Positions 26,446-36,322 of a stretch of DNA of 64,000 bases are shown here, piece by piece. Source of the stretch: Fimbriimonadales bacterium (lineage in GTDB: Bacteria > Armatimonadota > Fimbriimonadia > Fimbriimonadales > Fimbriimonadaceae). Both the position numbers and the translations under genes were made by a program. The notes under the pieces were generated by a model. It was not told the DNA's origin, did not search any database, and saw nothing but the letters and a program-made list of their open reading frames with translations. Each line of letters opens with the position of its first letter. Within the stretch, counting starts at the first letter, position 1. The DNA lies in the NCBI GenBank assembly GCA_046330155.1, contig JAXLTH010000005.1, positions 17,417 to 81,416 on the forward strand. Direction: 5' to 3'.

Positions 26446-28568
26446 TGATTGCTCCTAGAACGTGAGGATGGAGAACGATCGGCGTTCGCCCCGCCCAAAG
26501 ATACGGGCACAAGGACGCACGCTGAAACTGGGTTGAGCGGGACCATGAGATTGTCCGCTCGAAGTCGATAGGTTTTGCCGCTCAAGACGTCGCGGTAGGT
26601 TCCCGACGTCTTCCCTGCGGACCGGGTCCCTACACCAACCGTTTGGGCACGGTTCGAACGATTGACAACAATGAAAGCCGCTTCTTTGCCTTCGATGCGG
26701 GCGTAGGAGAACGTGCCGTTTCGATCGTCGATCGTGAGAGGCAGCGGGACGCCCGTTCGAAGGGCGGGGGACGCGTTTCGAGCCGAGATCAGCTTTCGGT
26801 AATGCGACAACATCGGATTCGCGGCCGTGGCGTTTTGCCACTCCATGCCCGCGCGGCATCCGGGGTCGTGGTCGCCCTCCATGCCGATCTCCTCACCGTA
26901 GTAAACGCACGGGGTCCCAACCCACGTGAGTTGGATGGCGGCCGCGAGCATGGCGAGCTTCTTGTCGCCCTTACACAGGGTGAGGAAACGGGCGGTGTCG
27001 TGGCTGCTTAGCAGGTTCATGAGGTTCCGAGAGACCTGCGGCGCGTAGCTCTCGTACACCTTCATCAGTTGTCCGAGGAACTGGCTGGGCTTGGTGCTAC
27101 CTTCCGCGACGAACCGAATCGCCGCGTCGCGGAACTGATAGCCCATGATCGAGTCCCACTGGTCGCCCTTCAGCCAAGGCGTGCCGTCTCCCCAAACCTC
27201 GCCCACGATCCAAGCGTTCGGATCGGTCGCCTTGACCGTGTTGCGGAACGAACGCCAGAACTGGCTGTCGACCTCGTTGGCGGCGTCCAAGCGCCAACCG
27301 TGGATGCGCGCGTGCTTTGCCCAATACTGCGGCACGCTCAACAGATAGGCTCGCACCTCTGGATAGAGCACGTTCAGCTTCGGCATCGACTTGATGCCCC
27401 ACCAGCCCACGTAGTTCGGGTTGTCCTCGACCTTCACGGGATAGCGTTTGACGAAGTACCAGTCTCGATACTTCGACCGCTCCTGGTTCGCCAAGAGGTC
27501 TTTAAAGGCGAAGAAGTCGGGCGCCGTGTGGTTGAAAACGCCGTCCAAGACGGTTCGGATACCGTTCGCTTCGAGCTTGCGGGTGAGCTCCGCAAACTCC
27601 TTTTCCGTACCGAACTGCGCGTCGATCTGCTTGTAGTCGGTGGTTTCGTACCGGTGGATGACCGGTGCGGCGAAGACGGGATTGAAGTAGATGGCACCTA
27701 CGCCCAGCGCCTTCAGGTAGTCGATGTGCTTGGCAACGCCTGCCGTATCTCCGCCAAAGCGGGTGTCGCCTGTGGGTTTCGTATTCCACGGCACCACGTC
27801 CTTGGGGTCGTTCCTCGGGTCGCCGTTCGCAAAGCGGTCCGGGAAAATCTGATAGAAGACCGTGCCCTCAACCCAGTTCGGAACCGTGAACGGCCTGAAC
27901 CTCTTGGGGTCCAAAACGTACTCGTTTCCTTTGGCTTCGGACGTCAGCCCCTTGGGCCCGAAAAAGCGGACGGCAGCTCCGTCTCGAAGCTTGAACGTGT
28001 AGCGCAAAGCGGACTTGCGGTTCCAATCCACCGATGCCCGAAGCGTCTCGTAGTAGTCGTCTCGGTGGAGGAAAGCGAGCGGCCATTCTTGTCCGCCGAC
28101 CACCACCGAAGCGTTCTGAATATCGCCCGGGCGCGTTCGAAGGGTCAACTGGAGGCGGCCGCGGTCGAAGTTGAAGTACGGCGGCTCTTGATCGTGCCGC
28201 AAGGCGCTCAGGGTCAGCTTGCCATCCCCTTTGGCGGCGGGGCTGGCGTAATCCTTCGGGTTGACCAAAAGAACCGAGTTCACGTTACCGTTGCCGTCGT
28301 CCTCGTTGCGAACCGCTTTCGGGTCGGTAATCCAATCCTTGCCGTCCAAGACGAACTTGTAGAGGTGCTTCCCCGGGTTGAGCGAGAGGGTCAAGCGCCA
28401 CGTCCGCCCATCGGCGTCCAGTTTCATCGGGTTCGCGCCGTTCGACCAGTTGTTGAACGTGCCGGCTAAGAACACCGAAGTCTGGGGCTTATCGGCTAGG
28501 TAAACAAACTGATGCGAGACCGCGTCGCGGTCTTGCAGAGCCAGGGCGAGCAGAAGGCAAACGCTCAC
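26442..28568 (-). CDS. GH13 alpha-amylase-family enzyme (neopullulanase/cyclomaltodextrinase-like) with an N-terminal CBM48/E-set-like domain
   Basis: GTG start. [10 protein letters not shown]...HLYKFVLDG (glycogen-binding-type module). [48 protein letters not shown] (GH13 regions I-IV). Confidence 0.9.
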   Translation of the reverse strand: MSVCLLLALALQDRDAVSHQFVYLADKPQTSVFLAGTFNNWSNGANPMKLDADGRTWRLTLSLNPGKHLYKFVLDGKDWITDPKAVRNEDDGNGNVNSVLLVNPKDYASPAAKGDGKLTLSALRHDQEPPYFNFDRGRLQLTLRTRPGDIQNASVVVGGQEWPLAFLHRDDYYETLRASVDWNRKSALRYTFKLRDGAAVRFFGPKGLTSEAKGNEYVLDPKRFRPFTVPNWVEGTVFYQIFPDRFANGDPRNDPKDVVPWNTKPTGDTRFGGDTAGVAKHIDYLKALGVGAIYFNPVFAAPVIHRYETTDYKQIDAQFGTEKEFAELTRKLEANGIRTVLDGVFNHTAPDFFAFKDLLANQERSKYRDWYFVKRYPVKVEDNPNYVGWWGIKSMPKLNVLYPEVRAYLLSVPQYWAKHARIHGWRLDAANEVDSQFWRSFRNTVKATDPNAWIVGEVWGDGTPWLKGDQWDSIMGYQFRDAAIRFVAEGSTKPSQFLGQLMKVYESYAPQVSRNLMNLLSSHDTARFLTLCKGDKKLAMLAAAIQLTWVGTPCVYYGEEIGMEGDHDPGCRAGMEWQNATAANPMLSHYRKLISARNASPALRTGVPLPLTIDDRNGTFSYARIEGKEAAFIVVNRSNRAQTVGVGTRSAGKTSGTYRDVLSGKTYRLRADNLMVPLNPVSACVLVPVSLGGANADRSPSSRSRSNQ

Positions 28569-29587
28569 GCGTCCGCACCTCGGTTCGAGGATGCCCGAAC
28601 CTTCAGTTCGCAGGGCACGATCACCCGTCGCTCACCATAAATCGGCTTGTCTTCGATGATCTTAAGAAGGCGCCCTGTTGCGAGCCTCACCATCTCCGGG
28701 ATGTTCAAACTCACCGAGCTTAGGCCGCCGTCCAGAAGGTTGCACAGACTCGAATCGTTAAAGCTCACGATGCCGAGGTCTTGCGGGATGCGGAGTCCAA
28801 GCTCACGTGCTGCCATCACCACGCCCATGGCCATGAAGTCGTCCAGCACGACGAACGCGTCGGGACGATCGGCTGAGCCAAGCGCTTGCAGCGCAACGTC
28901 GCGGGCGGCGGCGAAGCCAAACTCGGAGTGCCAAACCTTGGACACACGCTGGAGCGTGGACAGGACCGCTCGGTAACCCGCCACGCGATCCTCGCTTACC
29001 GTGACCCCGCGGGGGCCGGCAAGGAACCCGATCCGCTCGTAGCCCGATTCGACGAGATGCCGAGTGGCGATCTCTCCTGCCAACTGGTTATCGTTGTCGA
29101 CCGACCAGATGAAGTCCGTCTGCTCTCCCGGGTGCCCGATCAGAATGAACGGGAATCCTTCGTTGTGCAGGCGGTGGATGCGCTCGTCGCGGGCTTCCGA
29201 CTCCACGAGGATCAAACCGTCGACCCGGCGGGTACGCAACATCTCGTCGTAGACGGACTCTTGCGAACTGACGTCCGTGACCATCTCCACGCACAGGTGG
29301 TACGGCCTGCCGGAGAGGAAATCCATGATGTGGCTTACGAGGTTCGCGAAGAACGGGTCGTCGCTCAACCCTCCGTGAGGGCGCTTCACCACCAGCCCGA
29401 TGAGGCCGCTGCGGCGGCTTCGCAAAGAGCGTGCGCGAGCGTCGGGTTGGTAGTTGTGCTCCTGCATCGCCGCGACGACTCGGTCGCGGATCTCGGGTTC
29501 GACACGCTGGTCGCCCGCAAGCACTCGGGAAACCGTCGCCTGCGACACGTTTGCAATCTTCGCGATGTCCTGCTGTGTAACCCTCAT
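28565..29587 (-). CDS. LacI-family transcriptional regulator
   Basis: Internal ATG 29587 gives MRVTQQDIAKIANVSQATVSRVL (HTH), followed by a periplasmic-binding-fold body. GTGA overlap with the GH13 start. Confidence 0.9.
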   Translation of the reverse strand: MRVTQQDIAKIANVSQATVSRVLAGDQRVEPEIRDRVVAAMQEHNYQPDARARSLRSRRSGLIGLVVKRPHGGLSDDPFFANLVSHIMDFLSGRPYHLCVEMVTDVSSQESVYDEMLRTRRVDGLILVESEARDERIHRLHNEGFPFILIGHPGEQTDFIWSVDNDNQLAGEIATRHLVESGYERIGFLAGPRGVTVSEDRVAGYRAVLSTLQRVSKVWHSEFGFAAARDVALQALGSADRPDAFVVLDDFMAMGVVMAARELGLRIPQDLGIVSFNDSSLCNLLDGGLSSVSLNIPEMVRLATGRLLKIIEDKPIYGERRVIVPCELKVRASSNRGADA

Positions 29588-29611
29588 CGGCAAACTTAGC
29601 TCCGTCGCTAG

Positions 29612-29631
29612 CTGAGAATACGTATTCTCAG
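29612..29631. promoter_or_regulatory. Perfect 20-bp palindrome CTGAGAATACGTATTCTCAG, candidate LacI-family operator
   Basis: Exact inverted repeat with a central CG, 25 nt upstream of the LacI ATG and 5 nt downstream of a TGTTACAAT extended -10. This form is typical of LacI/GalR operators. Confidence 0.6.
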
Positions 29632-29635
29632 AGCT

Positions 29636-29644
29636 ATTGTAACA
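29636..29644 (-). promoter_or_regulatory. Extended -10 promoter element (TGTTACAAT) for the LacI-GH13 operon
   Basis: The minus strand reads TGTTACAAT. No good -35 element was found. Confidence 0.4.
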
Positions 29645-29668
29645 CAGCATTCCGCGCGAGGGGAGAAG

Positions 29669-29713
29669 TTTTGAAAAAAGAAAAGCGAGCCCCGGCACTT
29701 TGCCGGGGCTCGC
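29669..29713 (-). terminator. Strong rho-independent terminator closing the flagellar/CheY-like operon
   Basis: Perfect 13-bp stem GCGAGCCCCGGCA / TGCCGGGGCTCGC with a 3-nt loop, followed on the minus strand by TTTTCTTTTTTCAAAA. Confidence 0.85.
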
Positions 29714-29735
29714 CCTCAGAAGACTTCTCGAAGAG

Positions 29736-30140
29736 TTAGATGTCGTACCGCTTGGGGCCGGTGCCGTCGGTTCCGCCTTGGGCGATTCGCTTGACGAACG
29801 TGACCAGTTCGATCGGGTTGAACGGCTTCGTCAAGTACATGTCGGCTCCGTAGTGGTAGCCCTCGAAAACGTCCTTATCCTGGGCTTTCGCCGTAAGCAT
29901 GATGACGGGCAGCGCTTCGGTCTCGGGTTCGCGGCGAAGGTTCTTCAGCACTTCGAAACCGTCCATGTAGGGCATCATCACGTCTAGAACGACGAGGTCC
30001 GGCTTCTCGGCTCGGATCTTCTCGAGACCCTCCTTCCCATCGTACGCCGTCACGACTTGGTAGCCTTGCCGCTCCAGATTCACCTGAATCAGGCGCACGA
30101 TATGTCGCTCGTCGTCGCAAACTAGAATCTTAAGGGCCAT
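29736..30140 (-). CDS. Single-domain CheY-like response regulator receiver
   Basis: 134 aa. ILVCDDE, VVLDVMMP (phospho-Asp), IMLTA, YLTKP. Confidence 0.9.
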   Translation of the reverse strand: MALKILVCDDERHIVRLIQVNLERQGYQVVTAYDGKEGLEKIRAEKPDLVVLDVMMPYMDGFEVLKNLRREPETEALPVIMLTAKAQDKDVFEGYHYGADMYLTKPFNPIELVTFVKRIAQGGTDGTGPKRYDI

Positions 30141-30205
30141 CGCTTCTCCTGAAAATGGGTTTCAGGGTTACGATGCTACCAGAATCGACCCTCCATGTCA
30201 ATCGC

Positions 30206-30649
30206 TTAGGTCTTCGGAATCCGCGACGCGACCTTCATGACGGCTCGGCTCAGCCTCTCGGCACGGGCGGCGTCGACCGTCGACAAGAGTTGGGAGACCT
30301 TCTCGGCGTCCATCAGGACCAGGATCTGGGCGAGTTCCTCATCCTTCCAAGATTTGGTAATCGCCACCACCTTTGCCGGTTCCAGGTCGTTCCAGAGTTT
30401 GGCGACCTTCTTGCGTCCCGCCACCTCGTCGATCACGTCCGCCTTGACTTGGACAACAGGCGGATCCTTCGGCTTCGGGTTGCTTTTGGCTTCAGGGGCG
30501 GGTTTGGACTCCGCTGGGTCCTTTTCCTCTGAGTAGAGCTTGGCCGCCGCTTTCTGCTTGGCGGCAGGGCTCAGCCCGGGAATCTTGACCACCCCCAACT
30601 TGCCCGCGACCACCACGCCGCCGATCACAAGCACGGGAACCAGGATCAT
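30206..30649 (-). CDS. Flagellar-operon membrane-anchored protein with an MgtE-N/YlxF(MotE)-like helical C-terminus
   Basis: N-terminal TM helix, a Lys/Pro-rich linker, and the C-terminal segment KVVAITKSWKDEELAQILVLMDAEKVSQLL. Its position matches ylxF in Firmicute fla operons. Tentative call. Confidence 0.45.
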   Translation of the reverse strand: MILVPVLVIGGVVVAGKLGVVKIPGLSPAAKQKAAAKLYSEEKDPAESKPAPEAKSNPKPKDPPVVQVKADVIDEVAGRKKVAKLWNDLEPAKVVAITKSWKDEELAQILVLMDAEKVSQLLSTVDAARAERLSRAVMKVASRIPKT

Positions 30650-30659
30650 CGCGACTTTT

Positions 30660-31253
30660 TCATCGCGATTTCTCCTTATACAGCTTCATGATCCGGTCCA
30701 CGTAGGCTTGCGTCTCCTTGTAGGGCGGAATGCCTCCGTACTCCTCCACCTTGCCAGGCCCCGCGTTGTACGCCGCCAATGCCAGGTCGGCTCTTCCGAA
30801 CCGCTGCAACATGTTCGCCAAGTACTTCGCGCCGCCGTTCAGGTTCTGAGCCGGATCGAACGGGTCGGAGATGCCCAGAGACTTGGCGGTAGAAGGCATC
30901 AGCTGGGTTAAGCCCATGGCTCCCGCCCGCGAACGGGCATTCGGGTCGAAACTGCTCTCCGCCGCCACGAGCGACTCGAAGAGGTTTTCGTCCACGCCGT
31001 TCTGCAGGGCGGCATCCCGGATCATCGATCGTAAGGCATCGTCCGGTTCGATCGGACGGGTGGCGGCTCCGCCGGGTCCGATGGGAAACGGCTTCAACTC
31101 GCCGCTCAAGGGTCCCATGCCCGACATCGCCCCGCTAACGGCTTGCGAGAATCCCGCAACCGGGTCCGAGGCGCCGAGTTTCTCCTTGAGTTCGCCGATT
31201 CGGGATCGCACTCCGTCGATGCCAAGCAACTGCATATCGCCGATTGAGATCAT
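30660..31253 (-). CDS. Lytic transglycosylase (SLT domain), flagellum-associated by context
   Basis: AESSFDPNARSRAGAMGLTQLMPSTA...AAYNAGPGKV. ATG 31253 forms an ATGA overlap with the fliJ stop (the track ORF starts at 31277). Confidence 0.85.
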   Translation of the reverse strand: MISIGDMQLLGIDGVRSRIGELKEKLGASDPVAGFSQAVSGAMSGMGPLSGELKPFPIGPGGAATRPIEPDDALRSMIRDAALQNGVDENLFESLVAAESSFDPNARSRAGAMGLTQLMPSTAKSLGISDPFDPAQNLNGGAKYLANMLQRFGRADLALAAYNAGPGKVEEYGGIPPYKETQAYVDRIMKLYKEKSR

Positions 31254-31669
31254 GCCGTTCTCCTCTGGACCGCCCATTCGTCAAGGTCGGCCTGTTCTTT
31301 ACGGTCGGCTTCCGTTTGCCACTCGATTCGAGCGGACTCCCGAAGCCGTCGCATCGTCTCTGCCTCTTGGCGAGCCGCAAGCCAGTGCTCGCGAAGCTGC
31401 GCCTCCTCCACCATCACCACTTCGATCTGGGTCTCGATGTGGTGGATCGCCAGGTCCATCTTGCCCACTTCAAGTTCCAAGGCCAACCGGCCGCTGAGGC
31501 CGCTGGCGTCGCTCTTTAAGCGATCCACAATCCTCTCCTGGAGCCCATGTCGCTCGGCTTCCAAGCGAAGCCGCTCCGAGCGGCGCTCGGCAAAAGCCAG
31601 CTTGGCTTCCTCTTCCATTTGCTCCCGGTACTCGAGAACCTTCTGCAGGCGGAACTGAAACTTCTTCAT
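31250..31669 (-). CDS. fliJ: Flagellar export chaperone FliJ
   Basis: 139 aa coiled-coil. MKKFQFRLQKVLEYRE start, positioned immediately after fliI. Confidence 0.8.
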   Translation of the reverse strand: MKKFQFRLQKVLEYREQMEEEAKLAFAERRSERLRLEAERHGLQERIVDRLKSDASGLSGRLALELEVGKMDLAIHHIETQIEVVMVEEAQLREHWLAARQEAETMRRLRESARIEWQTEADRKEQADLDEWAVQRRTA

Positions 31670-32973
31670 CGAACCAGAGCCTCCAGCATCGCCATCGCCT
31701 GGGTCGGATCGGCGGCTTCAGCCTTGTCTTGGCGCAGGAAGTCGTTGATAGCGCCCCACCGCTCGATCGCCTTATCCGCCAGCGGGTTCGAGCCCGCCTT
31801 GTAGGCGCCGATGTTGACCAGGTCCTCGACGTCCAGATAGGCGGCAATGAGCTCGCGAACTTGGTCGGCGAGCCGCTTGTGCTCCTTCGGCACCACCATC
31901 GGCATCACGCGGCTCAGGCTCGCGAGGGTGTCGATTGGCGGATAGTGGCCGCGGCTGACCAGTTTGCGGCTCAGCACGAAGTGTCCGTCCAGGATGGACC
32001 GGGCGGCGTCGGCAATCGGCTCGTTGGTGTCGTCGCCGTCCACAAGGACGGTGTAAATCGCGGTGATGCTGCCCGTTTTGCCCTGGCCCGCTCGCTCCAT
32101 GAGGCGCGGCAACATGGCGAAGACGCTCGGCGTGTAGCCCTTGGTACTGGGCGGCTCGCCCACGGCAAGTCCCACTTCGCGCTGCGCCATGCAGAAGCGG
32201 GTCACGGAGTCCATCATGAGCATCACGTCGAGACCCTGGTCTCGGAAGTACTCGGCGATGGCGGTGGCGGTCAGCGCCGCCTTGATCCTCACCAACGCAG
32301 GCTGGTCGCTCGTTGCGCAGATTACGATGCTGCGGGCAAGGCCTTCGGGCCCGAGATCGTGCTCGATGAACTCGCGCACCTCTCTTCCCCGCTCTCCGAC
32401 CAAGGCGATGACGTTGACGTCGGCTTTGCCGCTCCGGGCGATCATGCCCAGGAGCGTGCTCTTGCCTACTCCCGAGCCGGCGAAGATGCCCACGCGTTGG
32501 CCCTTGCCCATCGTCAGCAAGCCGTCGATGCTTCGGACGCCGGTGCCGAACGCCTCGTCGATCATCTGGCGTTCAAGAGCGTTGGGCGGCGCATTCAAAA
32601 CGGGATAGCGGTCCCGCGTGCGAAGCGTGGAGCCGTCGATGGGCTGCCCCAAACCATCCAGGGTCTTGCCCAGCAGTTCGGGTCCGACCGAAACCTGCAA
32701 ACAACGTCCGGTGCCCCGCACCCGGCATCCGGCTCGTACGCCGGCTAGTTCGCCGAGGGGCATAAGCAGCGTGCGGTCGCCGCGGAAGCCAACAATCTCA
32801 GCGGCGATGGAGCCACCCTCTTCGGGCTCGAGATAGCACAGGTCGCCGATCCGCGCGTTGGGTCCGTTCGACTCCACAATGAGACCGACCACCTGGGTCA
32901 CCCGCCCGTCGACGCGTCGCAGATTCGCCTCGCGAACGCCCTCGAAGGCCGAGGAAAAAGTGGGAGCGATCAT
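31666..32973 (-). CDS. fliI: Flagellum-specific ATP synthase FliI
   Basis: Walker A GSGVGKST, Walker B LMMDSVTR, full F1/T3SS ATPase pattern. Confidence 0.95.
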   Translation of the reverse strand: MIAPTFSSAFEGVREANLRRVDGRVTQVVGLIVESNGPNARIGDLCYLEPEEGGSIAAEIVGFRGDRTLLMPLGELAGVRAGCRVRGTGRCLQVSVGPELLGKTLDGLGQPIDGSTLRTRDRYPVLNAPPNALERQMIDEAFGTGVRSIDGLLTMGKGQRVGIFAGSGVGKSTLLGMIARSGKADVNVIALVGERGREVREFIEHDLGPEGLARSIVICATSDQPALVRIKAALTATAIAEYFRDQGLDVMLMMDSVTRFCMAQREVGLAVGEPPSTKGYTPSVFAMLPRLMERAGQGKTGSITAIYTVLVDGDDTNEPIADAARSILDGHFVLSRKLVSRGHYPPIDTLASLSRVMPMVVPKEHKRLADQVRELIAAYLDVEDLVNIGAYKAGSNPLADKAIERWGAINDFLRQDKAEAADPTQAMAMLEALVR

Positions 32974-33629
32974 TGCTCACCTCGGATGGCCGACAAGGCC
33001 GAAAGGATTTGGGTGTCGATGGTGCCATCCACCAAGCCGCCTTCCGTTTCCACGAGAACGCCGTTCGGCACGCTTGCGTCGGCAACAATCTCAAGGTTCT
33101 CAACGCTGGGCGCGGCAGCGATAAGGGCCGACTCCCGGCCCTGCAAGTGGGGATAGTCGGCGACGTTGGCCCGCACCTTGGCTTTTGTGGCGTGCGTGAT
33201 CTCGGCTACGGCTTCGGCAGCGATATCGGCGATCCGCTTCGGGTCCAACTTTAGTTCATCGCCAAGAATGCGCGTCGCGATCAGAACGCCCAGTTCGGCG
33301 AGTTTCGGCTCCGCCGACGCGTACCACGAGGTGGTGGAGGCGGCAAAGTCGCCCAACAAGCTATCCAAGCTTTCGGCGAACGCGAAGAGCATCGCTTGGT
33401 GAGCCTCCTCGAACTGCGCGCGGCCTTCTGCGGCGCCGGCTTTGAGCCCTTCCTCGTAGCCCGCGTCGAAGCCCTCCTTTCGGGCTTCTTCCGTGAGCTG
33501 TCGGAGTCCAAGCTCGGTCCGCGACAGGTGCTGGACCCGCCGCGTACGTTCCAGTTCGGCCGGAACCGAAGACAAGAGGGCGCCAAAGGACTGGACGGGT
33601 GCTCCCTGCCGCAGGACGACCTTAGACAA
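32970..33629 (-). CDS. fliH: Flagellar assembly protein FliH
   Basis: EARKEGFDAGYEEGLKAGAAEG repeat region plus the C-terminal domain. Positioned between fliG and fliI. Confidence 0.8.
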   Translation of the reverse strand: MSKVVLRQGAPVQSFGALLSSVPAELERTRRVQHLSRTELGLRQLTEEARKEGFDAGYEEGLKAGAAEGRAQFEEAHQAMLFAFAESLDSLLGDFAASTTSWYASAEPKLAELGVLIATRILGDELKLDPKRIADIAAEAVAEITHATKAKVRANVADYPHLQGRESALIAAAPSVENLEIVADASVPNGVLVETEGGLVDGTIDTQILSALSAIRGEQ

Positions 33630-34635
33630 GCACTTCCTCCTCTCCGCCTCGGCTGATGGTCAGTTCGCCCGCCTCTTCAAGCCGTCGGATAACTCCGACC
33701 ACCTTTTGCTGGGCCTCTTCGACAACTTTCAGCCGCACCGGGCCCATAAACTCCATGTCCTCCTTGAGCATGTTCACAGCACGCTCGGACATATTTCGGA
33801 ACACCTTCTCGGTCACGGACGGGGACACACCCTTGAGCGCGGTGCCCAGTTCCCGCATGTCGACTTCCTTGAGGATCGCCTGGACCGCGCGGTCGTCGAG
33901 CTGCACGATGTCCTCGAAGACGAACATCATGTTCTTGATCGTGTCGGCAAGCTCGGGATTGCTCTCGCCGAGCGAGTCCATGATGAGCCGCTCTGTAGAG
34001 CGGTCGACGCGGTTCAGAAGGTCTACCAAAGCCTTCGGACCGCCCGCCTTGGTCATCTCCGTGTTGAGAACGCTCGAGATCTTGCGCTCCAAGATCTGCT
34101 CGATCTTGCGGATGACTTCCGGAGGAGTCTGGTCCATCATCGCGATCCGGCCGGCCACTTCGGCTCGAAGCTCGGTGGGGAGCTTGGACAGGATCGCCGC
34201 CGCGTTCTGGAGCGGCAAATACGAGAGGATAAGCGCGATGGTCTGCGGATGTTCGTCCTGGATGAAGCTGAGCACCTGTGCCGGGTCCGCCTTCTTGAGA
34301 AACTCGAAGGGAACGACTTGCATCGCCGCTTCCACGCGCTTCAGCACGTCGCTGGCTCGGTCGTCGCCGAACGCCGCTTGAAGGATCCCCTTGGCGTGTT
34401 CGATACCGCCTTCGGCGATGAACTCCTGGGCGATGGCGAGCTCGTGGAACTCGTTGATGATCGATTCTCGCTGCTCGGAGTTGACCTTGTCGAGCCGCGC
34501 GACTTCGAGCGAGAGCATTTCGACCTGCTCTTCGTCCAGGTAGCGAAGCACCTGGCCGCTGAGGTCGGGGCCGATGACCATCAGCATGATGGCGGCCTTT
34601 TGCTTGCTCGTAACTTCAACGAATCCCTTTCTCAT
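33622..34635 (-). CDS. fliG: Flagellar motor switch protein FliG
   Basis: 337 aa. KAAIMLMVIGPD..., EDIVQLDDRAVQAILKEVD, MSERA...LKEDME. Confidence 0.95.
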   Translation of the reverse strand: MRKGFVEVTSKQKAAIMLMVIGPDLSGQVLRYLDEEQVEMLSLEVARLDKVNSEQRESIINEFHELAIAQEFIAEGGIEHAKGILQAAFGDDRASDVLKRVEAAMQVVPFEFLKKADPAQVLSFIQDEHPQTIALILSYLPLQNAAAILSKLPTELRAEVAGRIAMMDQTPPEVIRKIEQILERKISSVLNTEMTKAGGPKALVDLLNRVDRSTERLIMDSLGESNPELADTIKNMMFVFEDIVQLDDRAVQAILKEVDMRELGTALKGVSPSVTEKVFRNMSERAVNMLKEDMEFMGPVRLKVVEEAQQKVVGVIRRLEEAGELTISRGGEEEVLV

Positions 34636-36284
34636 CGCTTCTCCTCCAGCAGCCAGCTCTTAATCAACATGGCGACGGTTTCTGGCTTCTCTCGACTGAG
34701 CCGCTTGATCTGCTCGAGCGGCAGGTTGAGGCGCTGGCGGATCTTGCCGACCTCTTCGTCCTCTTCCTCCTCATCGTCCACGTGCGCCTTCTTCTTCTTC
34801 TTGCGGGGCGCCAACGTGGGGGCGCCGTGCTCGTCGTGCGTCACTTCGGATCCGTCTTCCTCGTCGTAGCCCCCGGCTCCACCGGTGACAACGCTCAAGC
34901 CAAGCGGCGAGAGGCTTCCTCCGGGCAAGGCGCCGACCAAAACGTTCTGCGACTGCTTGGCGGCCTTGCCGATCGACTTGATGACCAGGAACGCCACGAT
35001 GAGAAGAGCCCCAAGGGGCAACAGCGAAAAGATCTGCTGCATTCTCGCGCTCGAAGCGGCGGCGGCGGCGGACTCTTTCGCGGCCTTCTCCTGCGAATCG
35101 TCGAACTTTACCGAGGTGACGTCGACGATGAATGCCGGATCGGTTGCCCGGCCACCGAGATAGCCCTTCAGGTACTTCTCGATCGCGCTGGCATCGATAC
35201 TCTTTGCCGAGTTCGCGAGGACCGCGATCGACATTCGCTTCAGCTGGCCGAGGCCCTTCAGCGTCTCCGTGGTCGTTTGCCCAAGTCCGAACTCCTTGGT
35301 GCCCTTGTCGCCAACGTAGTTCTCCTTGCCGCCCGAGCCACCGTTGTCGACCGGACCTCCGTTAGCAACGGCGCCAGCCGGCACTTGGCGGCCACCGCCG
35401 TAGCTCTCCTTCGCGAGTCCGATGCTCACCGGATTCTCGCTGACTTCCGGCTTGACGCTGCTGATCTTGCTGTCGTCGAAGTCGAGTTCGAGGTCCACCT
35501 TGACGATGGTCGCGCCCGGACCAAAGCTGCGGTCAAAGGTCGCTTGGAGTTCGCGTTCGCGCCGGGCGGCTTCCGCCTGCTCCGCTTGAAGTTTCTCGGC
35601 GGCCCGTCCGGCGGCGCCGTTTGCTTCGTCGCCCGAGAAGACCGCGCGGCCGGTGCTGTTCAGCACAAAGACGTTCTTCAGGGTGAGGCCGGGCACGGCG
35701 TTCGCCACCAACTGGGCGATCGACTTGGCCGTCTCGGAACCGAGAAAGGTGCCGGGAGCCTCTCCGATGGTGATGCTGGCGGTGGGCGGGCGCCCCTCTT
35801 CGGCAAACGCGCTTCGTTCCCCGAGGCTGATATGGACCGACGCCGAGTTCACGCCCTGGATCGTTTCGATCGAGGTGGCAAGGCTGCCCTCAAGGATCGC
35901 CTTGAGCTTCTCACGCTCCACGCTGGGCGTGTCCATCATGCCGAGCTTGTTCAGCTCGTCCTGGGTGAGGTGTCCGCCTGCCGGGAGCTTGTGCGCGGCG
36001 GCGAGCTGGCCGGTCACTTCGTGGACCTTGTCCGACGGGATCATCAGGTTGCCCTGGCCGTCGTACTCGATCGGAACGCCGAGCTTCTTCAGTTCGGCGG
36101 CCACGTCGCCACTCTGCGCCGAGGTGAGCCCCGGAAGGAACTGCACCATCTTCGGCTTGGACGCGAAGTAGTACGTCCCGAAGAGCAGGAATACCAGAAA
36201 GGCACTCCCGAACAACGTAACGGTCCGCTGCGTGCGGTCCGCCGTTTCCCACCATGTTCTCAGCTTAAGTAATGCTCCGCCCAT
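34632..36284 (-). CDS. fliF: Flagellar M-ring protein FliF
   Basis: 550 aa. N-terminal TM helix, YscJ/FliF periplasmic region, second TM helix, and a charged C-terminal tail (KKKKKAHVDDEEEEDEE) ending in the FliG-binding segment. Confidence 0.9.
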   Translation of the reverse strand: MGGALLKLRTWWETADRTQRTVTLFGSAFLVFLLFGTYYFASKPKMVQFLPGLTSAQSGDVAAELKKLGVPIEYDGQGNLMIPSDKVHEVTGQLAAAHKLPAGGHLTQDELNKLGMMDTPSVEREKLKAILEGSLATSIETIQGVNSASVHISLGERSAFAEEGRPPTASITIGEAPGTFLGSETAKSIAQLVANAVPGLTLKNVFVLNSTGRAVFSGDEANGAAGRAAEKLQAEQAEAARRERELQATFDRSFGPGATIVKVDLELDFDDSKISSVKPEVSENPVSIGLAKESYGGGRQVPAGAVANGGPVDNGGSGGKENYVGDKGTKEFGLGQTTTETLKGLGQLKRMSIAVLANSAKSIDASAIEKYLKGYLGGRATDPAFIVDVTSVKFDDSQEKAAKESAAAAASSARMQQIFSLLPLGALLIVAFLVIKSIGKAAKQSQNVLVGALPGGSLSPLGLSVVTGGAGGYDEEDGSEVTHDEHGAPTLAPRKKKKKAHVDDEEEEDEEVGKIRQRLNLPLEQIKRLSREKPETVAMLIKSWLLEEKR

Positions 36285-36322
36285 AGGTCCTCAGTTGGAA
36301 CCCGGCGGATTGCCCCGACTTG

